A stretch of 32,000 bases of DNA from contig NZ_LT549890.1 in the NCBI RefSeq assembly GCF_900079115.1, forward strand, positions 1,650,001-1,682,000, in the 5' to 3' direction. The position numbers and the translations under genes are program-made. Position 1 is the first letter of the stretch, and each line of letters starts with the position of its first letter. This document shows, in pieces, positions 10,745 through 18,839 of this stretch. Under the pieces are notes generated by a model that was not told the DNA's origin, did not search any database, and saw only the letters and a list, made by a program, of their open reading frames with translations. Source of the DNA: Saccharolobus solfataricus (GTDB lineage: Archaea > Thermoproteota > Thermoprotei_A > Sulfolobales > Sulfolobaceae).

Positions 10745-12182
10745 CAGTTGTGTTTCACCAATTTTACTAGAAATGATGTAATTTCTATGGTGGGGAAAAT
10801 ATCGAGTTATGGTTGTGAAAATCGGCTTATTTCAACATGATTATCAAAAAATTTTTAGATTAAACGAGAAGCATGGTTAAAAAGGAGTTTGTATATAGAG
10901 GGTAATATCATCTGTTTAGTATTATCAAGCGGGGAGGGGAGGTCTAGGGAGGAGGTGAACAGGAAAGGGTTAAAGCGAGGGACTCCATGACTCCGTTATG
11001 CAAGTTTATGAAACGAGATTCAAAACGGAGTTGAAGTCCCTCGCCAGTTATTTCATCGTCAATAATCTTAACGTTATCTCCCAAGAGTTGGACACGAGGA
11101 TCGCGGACGCAGCTCCGTTCCTGTTGACAGGGAACAGGGGAAAGGAGTACTTGAAGGTCGTTAGGGAAGGAGAGAAGGTGATGAGTCAAGGGGAGAGGAG
11201 CTTCAAGTTCTACCCTCACGTGAAAGTTGAGGGAGAGACTACAATCGTTGCAGTGGACGAGACCGCGATAACCGTGGGGGAGAAGGAGTCGAGGAAGGTG
11301 GAAGGATTTCAACTCTACAACGGGAAGAGGAAGGGAGTTAAGTTGAGGTCCGTGGACTTGGTGTTCCCCTTGAGGTTGTCCCTCCTCGAGGAGATAGCTG
11401 ACTTGAGAAGCGATACTCCCTCCCAGTTCCTGATGAGGGCCGTGAGCGAAGTTGCTCAGCACCTCAAGATAGACTACGTTGTTGCTGACGCGGGTTTCCT
11501 GAACTTGAAGGTAATCAAGGAGATGCCTGTGAAGACCGTGGTAGGAGGTAAGACCAACCTGAAGGGCTTCAAGGAACTCTCCAACGTCTCTCTAACCGAG
11601 AAGAAATGCGAGGTAAATGACAGGGTTTACGTTGCGTATAGGGTCCTGAAGTACAATGACCTTTACTACTATGAAGTGATATACGTCAAGGAGAAACCCA
11701 GGCACTTCATCTTCGTTACCAACTTCAATGGAGATCCCTACAAGCTAGCTGAGCTCTACAGGTTGAGATGGCAGAGCGAAGAGGGCTTCAAGGTCAGGAA
11801 GGCCAGGATAAGGTACGTGAGGAAGTTAACCAACAAGATCTTCCTCTACCTCTATTACACTGTCCTAGATTCAGTGTGGAACCTCGTGAATTACCTCCTC
11901 TTCAACTTCAAGTCCACGAAAAGGAAGCCTCTCTCCTTCGACTCCTTCGTCAGGCTTCTCTAACTTCCTCGGCGTGCAGAGGACGCTCTGCACACCGTTC
12001 TAACCACGTGATAAAAATTCAGATTATCTCCCTTTAATCTGAATCTACACGTTATGTTTATTGCAAATAATGTTAATATGCTATATTTCACTATAATATC
12101 ACTATCTTTCTCTATATCAATTCCCTTTTGAAAGAACTAACACAATATCTTTCAAGTGAGATAATTTGGTGAAACACAACTG
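10745..12182 (+). mobile_element. IS element, ISC1439-type (IS4/ISH-like DDE), 1438 bp
   Basis: Terminal inverted repeats CAGTTGTGTTTCACCAA at 10745 and, reverse-complemented, at 12182. It is flanked by a perfect 9-bp direct repeat CAAAGCAAT (10736-10744 and 12183-12191). The core is GC-rich in an AT-rich host. The name is inferred from size. Confidence 0.9.
10998..11963 (+). CDS. DDE transposase (IS4-like)
   Basis: 321 aa. Candidate catalytic residues lie in VAVDET, VVADAGF and YRLRWQSEEGFKVRK; the last matches the Y-2-R-3-E-6-K signature. Confidence 0.9.
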   Translation: MQVYETRFKTELKSLASYFIVNNLNVISQELDTRIADAAPFLLTGNRGKEYLKVVREGEKVMSQGERSFKFYPHVKVEGETTIVAVDETAITVGEKESRKVEGFQLYNGKRKGVKLRSVDLVFPLRLSLLEEIADLRSDTPSQFLMRAVSEVAQHLKIDYVVADAGFLNLKVIKEMPVKTVVGGKTNLKGFKELSNVSLTEKKCEVNDRVYVAYRVLKYNDLYYYEVIYVKEKPRHFIFVTNFNGDPYKLAELYRLRWQSEEGFKVRKARIRYVRKLTNKIFLYLYYTVLDSVWNLVNYLLFNFKSTKRKPLSFDSFVRLL

Positions 12183-12321
12183 CAAAGCAATTTTGAAAGA
12201 AAAGGTTAGCGGAAAGACACAAGGGGGATTGATTTCCCATATAAGTTCTAGAATTCCTCAATGTCACCTAATTTTTCAAATGAAATGATCGCTATAAATA
12301 TAACTTATCTCCTAAGTTTTC

Positions 12322-13116
12322 CTATTTTCGTGCTTCTATTACACCATTAATTGAAAGATCAAATGGTAATTCATTGTGTTTATAGATCCTTATTTTAGTA
12401 AAACCGTAACTTCGTAATTTTTCAATCAAATAAGTAACATCTCCTAACTTTTTATTGTCAATAACAGTATTGTATTCTATCCTAACTATAGAAAATTTCT
12501 GAATAGATTTATCGTTAATAACGCGGAATTCGCCCCCCTTTATATCTAAATCTAGGATATCAGGTTGAGAGATGTTAAACTCTTCTAAAACAGTAGATAT
12601 GCTTACACTTCTTACTCTTATTCTATCTTTATAACTATCGAAGTAGGAAGTTCCTCCATTACATCTGGTATTAGGAAATTCTATTTCACCATCTTCTCCA
12701 ATCGCCCAATTTCTTAATACTACTCTACTAGCTAATTCTGGATTTAGTTTAAGATTAGTAAGAGCAATATTGTAACAGTCCAGTTGGGGCTCAAAGGCGT
12801 AAACATAAGCTCCCCGTTTTGCATAATATAATGCAGTCTCACCAACGTAAGCTCCAGCTTGAATTATTTTTTTATTTTCTAAATTATAATCTATAAAATG
12901 TATATCATACAAAAAGGTTTCAGAAAAAATTACTGGATCGAATCCCTTTATTGAGAATTTTATTCCAGATGGCGTAATTAAAATATTATATTTTTCATCA
13001 AATTTCCAATTACTTCCAATATCTACACCATATTTATAAGAGAAAAGATAAAGATTTAAAATATCATGAAAGTTATCCCTATCTGTTTTAATACTGAATC
13101 CATTAGGAAAAACCAA
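12322..13116 (-). CDS. FkbM-family SAM-dependent methyltransferase
   Basis: IQAGAYVGETALYYAKRGAYVYAFEP matches the FkbM/Methyltransf_21 core (D/xGAxxG ... xFEP). The start codon is TTG, and the upstream in-frame region has no ATG. Confidence 0.75.
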   Translation of the reverse strand: MVFPNGFSIKTDRDNFHDILNLYLFSYKYGVDIGSNWKFDEKYNILITPSGIKFSIKGFDPVIFSETFLYDIHFIDYNLENKKIIQAGAYVGETALYYAKRGAYVYAFEPQLDCYNIALTNLKLNPELASRVVLRNWAIGEDGEIEFPNTRCNGGTSYFDSYKDRIRVRSVSISTVLEEFNISQPDILDLDIKGGEFRVINDKSIQKFSIVRIEYNTVIDNKKLGDVTYLIEKLRSYGFTKIRIYKHNELPFDLSINGVIEARK

Positions 13117-13392
13117 TTTACCTCTTTCTCTTAGAAAAGTTAAAAAATTATTAAACCTATTTCTTTTACTATGTAATAGGAAGAAATTGAAATATGTTAA
13201 ATAATCACGTCAGTATGGAGATCTCATTCTTCTGAGATAAATGAGGATATTACTTAAATTGAATTTGATCGGTATTATTCAAATAGCATGATATATATTT
13301 TGTGAAAATAATCGTTAATAAATCAGTTTTACACCATAGAAGTTAAATATTAGGAATTAATTTCACGTAGCTGGAAGGAGGTGCATAGGGTT

Positions 13393-14560
13393 AGCTGGAG
13401 TTTAGGGGAATGGCGTCTTCACTTCACGGAACGCATGTTCTTGTTCCACTCTTACCTCCCGATCGAGGAGGTTCGAGAGGGAGACCGAGAACTCCCACAA
13501 CTTGACCTTCCTCCAAGAGCGGATCAAGAACCAGACATTCAAGAGAAGATAGGAAAGCAGAACGAGAACCAATTCCTTCCTCACGTCACAAGTCCTAGTC
13601 TTGATTCTGAACTCCTCAAGGGAGCGGAAGGCGTTCTCTATCCCCCACCTCTCCCTGTACATCTCGGCAAGGACTATGGCATCGTGAAGGTCGATCTCCC
13701 TCCTCACGAGGAAGGCAATAATCTTGCCGTCTTCCTTCCTCAGGATAATGAGATAAGCTCCACTCCCATGTCTCACGCAGAGAAATCCAGTATATCTAAC
13801 TCCGCCAAAACTCACATCCACATCTTGCAACATCCCCTTGTACTTCTTGTACATCTGGGCCTTGGCAGATATGACGAAGTCCAAGCCCAACTCCAAGAGG
13901 TATCTAATCACTTCGTTCACCGCGAACTCCCTGTCCGCGAAGACCATGACGAGCCTCAGCTTGTCCTCCTCCAACTCCTTCACGATTACCTCCATCACCG
14001 CCTTGAAACCTTCAGCTACGTTCTTCACGGTCACTGGGATCACGTCCAGGAAGCTCCTCGTCCTCCCCAGGAGGAAGATCGCAGCTTGAACCAGTCCCCA
14101 CGACGTCCCCTTAGTTGGCTTTATCCTACTCAAGAAACTCTTGTCAGCGTGGTATTGAGGTATGGCATGGAAGTCCACTGCTACCCTCCTGTTCCTGACT
14201 CCCCTTAACGTCATCCTCCCCATCTTCCTCAACGCATCCCTCACGTCCTCAACTTGAACCGCGTTCAACTTTCTCAACGCTCTTCTCCCATCTTTCCCCA
14301 ACCTGCTCAAGTAGCTCCCACTCGCCTTAAGCAAGGCACTGAGGAGTTCCTCAGGGAAAAGTATTTTAGTGAGGACCGAGTAAATTATCTTGAGGCGGAC
14401 CTGGCGAAGTCCCGGTTGAACTTCGCCGGTTTAGTTGTATTCTCATGCTTCATATGTTCAAGTCCGCCCTCGTATATACAAACTTTTTCTACAGAAATTC
14501 TCATCCTCTCAACTTTTTCTGTATTTCATTCATCTCGTTTTTTTACGAGAAAAAAGAGAT
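13393..14560 (-). mobile_element. GC-rich IS element (DDE; ISC1217/ISC1225 size class), boundaries approximate
   Basis: The GC-rich core 13406-14428 is bounded by GTTTAG at 13400-13405 and 14429-14434. rmlB-paralog homology stops near 13392 and resumes near 14565. I could not identify convincing terminal inverted repeats. Confidence 0.5.
13402..14334 (-). CDS. DDE transposase
   Basis: 310 aa with a TTG start; the frame stays open upstream to 14430. It has VFADREF and the C-terminal YRERWGIENAFRSL (YRxRWxIE) motif typical of IS4/IS5-type transposases. Confidence 0.85.
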   Translation of the reverse strand: MLKASGSYLSRLGKDGRRALRKLNAVQVEDVRDALRKMGRMTLRGVRNRRVAVDFHAIPQYHADKSFLSRIKPTKGTSWGLVQAAIFLLGRTRSFLDVIPVTVKNVAEGFKAVMEVIVKELEEDKLRLVMVFADREFAVNEVIRYLLELGLDFVISAKAQMYKKYKGMLQDVDVSFGGVRYTGFLCVRHGSGAYLIILRKEDGKIIAFLVRREIDLHDAIVLAEMYRERWGIENAFRSLEEFRIKTRTCDVRKELVLVLLSYLLLNVWFLIRSWRKVKLWEFSVSLSNLLDREVRVEQEHAFREVKTPFP

Positions 14561-15490
14561 TCCCATACTGACGTGGGATAGGTCCAATTTACAAACCTCA
14601 AGATTTTGTCTCAACGAACGTCTTTGGGACTGTAAATCGTATTAGAGGCTGCTAAAGAATGGTATAACTTTAAGTATGTTCATACTCTCCACTGATGAAG
14701 TATACGGAAGTGAGTGGCCAAGACGAGAACTCATTCCGTAAAACCCATCATCTCCTTATTAGGCGCATCTTTTAAAAAAGCGTCAGCTTTGATCTATTCG
14801 TAAAATCCTACATTAGAACGTTATAATGTTGAGGCATTAATAGTTAGACCTTCAATAACTATGGACCTAAGACAATTTCCAGAGAAATTTATTCCAAAAG
14901 GCTATAATTCGGTACAATTCTAGGAATTTATGTACCAATTTATTTAGTAAGGGAACAAGAGAGGGATTGGATTTACGTAGGAGGATACCTGCTAGGGTAA
15001 TTTCGATTTGATCGAAGTGCAGAGTGGAGAGGTGAAGTGTTATAATATTCCGAGGGATAGGGTTTAAGAACATTCAATTAATAATGGACTGTGAGAGGGT
15101 AATCAAAAAAGAGATTAAAGTTAAGTACGTTTCGGATAGGACCTGGACATGATAGAAGATATTGCATGATAATATACTAACACTAAATTACACTACAACT
15201 CCCCTAAGGGAGGATTAAGGAAAACGTATGATTGCGTACGGCTAATAATAATTGGTGGTGGAGTCGCTAGTTAATGATGAATTTTTCAAATCTGATGAAC
15301 CCTGGAAGGACCTTACGAAGATAAAAGAATACTAACGCACACCACTTTTGAACCCTTTTAACTTCCCCTCTCTAACCAAATAGCAACGGCAATTTTTCTG
15401 GAGAATTGTTCTCATGACCTTATTTAAGTTGTTTAAATATGAATTATTATAATATTGATGATAGTTATTCGATTTTACTCAAATTGGATA

Positions 15491-15666
15491 GGGCGATTCG
15501 GTTATCGATCGCCCGAATTCATTTTATTTTTAAAAATGTTACGAAATTAACTAAATGAAGATCGAAGTAACTGGCGGACATACATGATTACTAATTGTTA
15601 GCATTTTTTATTAAACAATTATATTTAAAATTACAATTCACCAAAGAAAATCCCGACGAATCGCCC
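15491..15666 (-). mobile_element. MITE copy 2 (diverged, about 176 bp)
   Basis: GGGCGATTCGG...GAATTCATTTTATT...ACGAAATTAACTAAATGAAG...CGACGAATCGCCC is alignable with copy 4 in the same orientation. It carries an extra palindromic segment near one end. Confidence 0.6.
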
Positions 15667-15699
15667 TGACTTGTATGAAAGTATTCTCCCGACAAATTG

Positions 15700-15782
15700 T
15701 TTAGCTAAATTCTAGAATAAGATACAAGATTTAGCTAACTTATTCTAATAAAATGAATTTAGCTAACTTACTTCTAATTTTA
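15700..15782. repeat. three direct TTTAGCTAA(A/C)TT repeats with an embedded 9-bp inverted repeat
   Basis: TTTAGCTAA begins at 15700, 15730 and 15758. TAGAATAAG and CTTATTCTA form a 9-bp inverted pair between the first two copies. Confidence 0.6.
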
Positions 15783-15939
15783 TCCTTCCCAATAATCTTT
15801 TAATTGTCCATTAACGAAGATTCTTTGGATATATAAAGTAGACACATTATCTGATAACAAAAAGATTTAAATTAGAATTTTATCTTTTCTTTCTTCACAT
15901 AAGGGATAATTTTACCCATCTTTCTTTTTTCTCATACTC

Positions 15940-16324
15940 TTAATTAATTTCGTCAATATTTTCTTCTTGTACGCCGGGTAACAGTTCGTTTAATAAAGTC
16001 TCGGATAACCAACCCTTATAGTCTTCATCTCGACCTATAACAATTAGAGGTTATAAACACCTATCATCTTCGCATTTTTGGATATATGGGGGATTTGCTT
16101 CCGTATTTGGGGACTCCTTGGCGATATCAGTCTGGTCTTTAATCTTTTATAACCTTCTTCGTTCTCCATCAAATAATTAAGCATACATTACCTTCTCCTC
16201 TCGGTCACTTTTTTCTTTTATAGTTTCAATTATATACTTTTTCATAGAAACTGAAATTTTTTCTCATCATACCCAAAATTCCTTTTAATAGCTCTTTTTC
16301 AGTTTGACCTTCTACAATTATAGC
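15940..16324 (-). pseudogene. degenerate Toprim-like ORF (possible DUF4276/OLD-type nuclease partner of the ATPase)
   Basis: The reverse strand reads (PS)[22 protein letters not shown].., resembling the N-terminal xxVEGxTE motif of Toprim/DUF4276-type proteins. After several stops and frame changes it reads ..KMIGVYNL* / IVIGRDEDYKGWLSETLLNELLPG.. No ATG start. The call rests on short motifs only. Confidence 0.3.
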
Positions 16325-16325
16325 A

Positions 16326-16652
16326 GATGGGGGTCAAAGGGGGCGGAAAACTTCGCCTCTTTGAGGCGGAGATGGATAGCCCCCTTTGTAGAAAAGTTTA
16401 AAAATTCTGACATAGATACACTTTTGATGACAGTTACTGACGGAGTAAGCGTCACCGAGGCACCTCGGTTAAAGCGAGGGTCTATGAGGTACGCCTCTGC
16501 TCCAGACAATGATGGCACAGACGTTAAGTACCATGCGGGGTGGGAGCCACCCTTAGTGCCTGTGGAGCTCCACCCTCTACCAGTTCTCTGGCAAGGTGGG
16601 GCTGTGAAGCAGGAAGCTCCCTCCTTCAGGAGGGGGTAGCTCACTTTACTAC
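16326..16652 (+). ncRNA. candidate structured RNA of unknown class, or a novel GC-rich insertion
   Basis: A GC-rich island in AT-rich DNA, open in several frames on both strands with no protein-like translation. It contains many perfect hairpins. These include a 10-bp stem (16335-16344/16379-16388) enclosing CGCCUC-UUU-GAGGCG. There is a UACG tetraloop hairpin (16486-16497) and a GUGA (GNRA) hairpin (16601-16610). Other stems are GGGUGG-GAG-CCACCC (16538-16552) and a 9-bp stem with a UUCA loop (16617-16636). A UGAUGA...CUGA K-loop-like pair lies at 16425-16440. A closing helix pairs 16388-16397 with 16643-16652. The tetraloop identities favour the + strand. Confidence 0.35.
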
Positions 16653-16670
16653 ACTCACTATATATCATCT

Positions 16671-17618
16671 CTATATGTATCCCACCCAACTTAATGGTTC
16701 GTCTATTTCACTTATTTCTGAAAGTTTGTACTCCCTTGACGTACCTCTCGTAGATAAATATATTATTTTGGCATTACTATCATCAAAGACTTTCGTCATC
16801 ATCTTTATAACCTCATTCGAGTGTGTTGTGAAGACAATTTGTGAATTTTTGCCTTTATCTTTCATTACGTTAAAAATCTCTAAGAGTAAGTCGGGGTGAA
16901 GAGAGTTCTCAATCTCGTCTATTAGAAGAAGATTAGAATATGTTAGGCTATCAATGATTAACTCCTTTTTTAGTAAACCTCTTCCAATTACATATGCTGG
17001 CTTAGTTTCGTTTTCCTTAACATAATGCACTTTATATAAACCCATCTCATCTGGCAAAATTTCAAAATCTGACTTAACTCCTTTTTTCTTTGCAGAACCT
17101 ATTATCCTTTCTGGATAGTCATAAAAATCGAAATAAACTGATAGATACACTGGTAAAAAGTGTTCCATAATTTTATGTCTCTTGATTAACTTAACTTCTG
17201 GTACACGTATAGGAACAGAGATTGTTTCCTTAGCTAGGATTCCACTCGATAAAGATATTGAGGCTATCTTCTCATCTTTTTTAGACTCATCTTTTAATAA
17301 ATAAATATCAATTTTTTCCTTCTCTTTTCTTCTGAACGATAATTTAATTCTCTCTCCGCCATGAAGTCCTAATTCAACTTCAGAATCTGTTAACGATAAA
17401 AATGCTGAAATCATGTCACCTCTGCTGTTAAATGCGTAAATCATTAATGAACTAATATCACTTTCGCTATAGTCAGAGAGGAAAAGCGAGGAGAAAAATA
17501 ATGCTTCTAAAAATGAAGTTTTTCCGGTTCCGTTCCTACCTATTATAGCATTAATTCTCCCCAAATTAACATTAAGTTTCAGACCCCTAAAATTGCCAAT
17601 CGAAATATTTTCAATCAT
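16671..17618 (-). CDS. ABC/SMC-like ATPase (AAA_21/AAA_15-type)
   Basis: 315 aa. Walker A GRNGTGKTSFLEAL, Walker B LLLIDEIENSLHP, and an H-loop-like FTTHS. This architecture is typical of the ATPase subunit of two-gene abortive-infection/OLD-like modules. Confidence 0.8.
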   Translation of the reverse strand: MIENISIGNFRGLKLNVNLGRINAIIGRNGTGKTSFLEALFFSSLFLSDYSESDISSLMIYAFNSRGDMISAFLSLTDSEVELGLHGGERIKLSFRRKEKEKIDIYLLKDESKKDEKIASISLSSGILAKETISVPIRVPEVKLIKRHKIMEHFLPVYLSVYFDFYDYPERIIGSAKKKGVKSDFEILPDEMGLYKVHYVKENETKPAYVIGRGLLKKELIIDSLTYSNLLLIDEIENSLHPDLLLEIFNVMKDKGKNSQIVFTTHSNEVIKMMTKVFDDSNAKIIYLSTRGTSREYKLSEISEIDEPLSWVGYI

Positions 17619-17935
17619 TACTAATGATTTATTTTCTTGCTATAAAAGCATAATGCCTAAAGCTGGGGGTCGGACTTTCATTGAGATTTCATGAATTTGT
17701 ATTCAACCCCTCGTCCTCATACCCCTTATTTTCCTCCCCATGCCGTCTACGGGACTAACTCCCTTCAAGGACATGAGGAGTTTCATCAGGTACCTTCCTC
17801 CCCCTCACATTGCTCACAGAGTTCATTGTGGCACCCTCTAACTTAATGTTAGCATGAAAGTTTATAAATTTTAATGCTTCTAACATTCATATTAAATGAC
17901 ATGAACTTCACGACTTATCGGAAACTGCTGACAAC

Positions 17936-18095
17936 GGCGATTCAAGTCTCTTTTATGTACTGCAATTTCTAGATAATACGTTATAAAAACTTAACGTTAG
18001 TAATCGCGTTCCTGCTAGTTAGTCGCCTTCATTTAGTTAATTTCGTAACAATATTCGAAATAAAGTGAATTCGCAAAAGAAGCCTGAATTGTCCC
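17936..18095 (+). mobile_element. MITE copy 3
   Basis: GGCGATTCAAGTCTC...TAGTCGCCTTCATTTAGTTAATTTCGTAAC...GTGAATTCGCAAAAGAAGCCTGAATTGTCCC is collinear with copies 1 and 5. Confidence 0.65.
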
Positions 18096-18140
18096 GAGTC
18101 CCTAATATTGCGAGGAGAGGATGTGATAACTGCAGTTAAT

Positions 18141-18531
18141 TTATTTTACCCAAATCCTTTCTATTCCATTAATTTTATCGAAATCTGAATCCTCACTTAC
18201 TATCTTTTTTATTGAATTATTTATCATTACAGCTACGTGGAAAGCATCAGACGGTTTTAAAGTCTTACTTATCATTATCCCCTTTGCTTTTTCATAATCA
18301 TGAGAGTTGATTGGCAGTATAATTGTATAAGGAAGTATTATCTTATCTAAGAAATCAATTGTATCCTCAAATTTTACATTATACTTCTTTTTTGATAATG
18401 TAAATAACCTCATCTATAATCAAAGGGTCGATAGATAACCTATCTTCATTCAATAACTTAAGATAAAATTTCTCCACTTCCTAAACTCCTAAATTTAAGT
18501 ATATTAAGAAATTAGCATCGAGGAAAATCAA
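18141..18531 (-). pseudogene. vapC: PIN-domain toxin VapC, inactivated (in-frame TAG plus frameshift)
   Basis: A TTG start overlaps the vapB stop (TTGA). The sequence reads (M)IFLDANFLIYLNLGV-TAG-EVEKFYLKLLNEDRLSIDPLIIDEVIYIIKKEV*. A 1-nt frame change in the A6 run then leads into the listed 90-aa ORF (..LSKKKYNVKFEDTIDFL...SEDSDFDKI), which is the C-terminal half of the PIN domain. Confidence 0.7.
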
Positions 18532-18788
18532 TTATCGAATTCCTCCTCTAAACTAACGTTAATTAAATCTCCAAGTTTAGCCTTATTTGCATATGAGATT
18601 TTAGCACTATGTTCCTCCATCTTCTTTTTTAAGTCATCAAAACTTACCTTTCTTTCAGGCTCAAGAACAATTTTACCATCTTCGACTCTTAGGATTAATA
18701 TATCTCCCTCCTTTATTTCAAGAAGATCCCTAACAGTCTTAGGGATTATTATATATCCTTTCTTTCCAACTTCAATCTTTAGGGTCAA
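18528..18788 (-). CDS. vapB: AbrB/SpoVT-type antitoxin VapB
   Basis: 86 aa with a TTG start. KKGYIIIPKTVRDLLEIKEGDILILRVEDGKIVLEP is a swapped-hairpin AbrB-like fold motif. Confidence 0.8.
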   Translation of the reverse strand: MTLKIEVGKKGYIIIPKTVRDLLEIKEGDILILRVEDGKIVLEPERKVSFDDLKKKMEEHSAKISYANKAKLGDLINVSLEEEFDN

Positions 18789-18839
18789 ACTCTACTCACT
18801 TGAGCTAAACTAGCCAAACTAATATATAAACTTCTCATT

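Larger units (their letters stand above)
13288..15315 (+). pseudogene. decayed second copy of dTDP-glucose 4,6-dehydratase (rmlB paralog), split by an IS
   Basis: 13288-13392 aligns at nucleotide level with the 5' end of rmlB at 7194-7320 (atgata.., gttaataaa.., gctggaagga..). About 14565-15315 aligns with 7411-8132 (actgacgtgggataggtcc vs actcacgttgataggtct; LEAAKEWYNFKYVH..; RQFPEKFIP; ..DLDMIEDIA..). That part contains many stops and frameshifts. Confidence 0.7.

Noticed and set aside
10944-12037. ORFs 10944-11462 (-) and 11768-12037 (+) inside the first ISC1439-type element
   Set aside because: They are antisense or out-of-frame shadows of the GC-rich transposase gene, caused by codon bias that suppresses stops. 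They have no motifs.
12255-12290. AATTTTTCAAATGAAATGATCGC, resembling the internal MITE segment AATTTTTGAAATGAAATGAATTCGC
   Set aside because: It is only about 20 nt long and has no terminal repeat. It could be a MITE fragment or chance in AT-rich DNA.
13381-14645. ORFs 13381-14208 (+), 13838-14089 (+), 14254-14571 (+) and 14445-14645 (+)
   Set aside because: They are antisense shadows of the 310-aa transposase, or they span the IS end and pseudogene DNA. Their composition is low-complexity and proline/leucine-rich.
14867-15073. 68-aa ORF on the minus strand
   Set aside because: It lies antisense within the decayed rmlB paralog.
16362-16376. 15-nt identity TGAGGCGGAGATGGA between the GC island and 21002-21016 in the coiled-coil gene leader
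   Set aside because: A single 15-mer match among about 1e9 position pairs in the window is near chance expectation. The flanking sequence is not collinear, so I do not claim homology.
16326-16652. Assignment of the island to archaeal SRP (7S) RNA or RNase P RNA
   Set aside because: There is no long 5'/3' helix-5 architecture and no GNAR tetraloop with a GGAGCA-type helix-8 motif. Only vague CR-I-like (AGAAAAGUUU) and CR-V-like (ACAGAC) strings are present, in the wrong positions and unable to form P4. This needs a covariance-model search, so I left it unclassified.
16304-16899. ORFs 16304-16639 (+), 16318-16689 (-) and 16540-16899 (+) across the GC-rich island
   Set aside because: They overlap each other on both strands and their translations have no protein-like features. 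Openness in several frames is expected from GC-rich, hairpin-rich sequence. I treat the region as RNA or an insertion instead.
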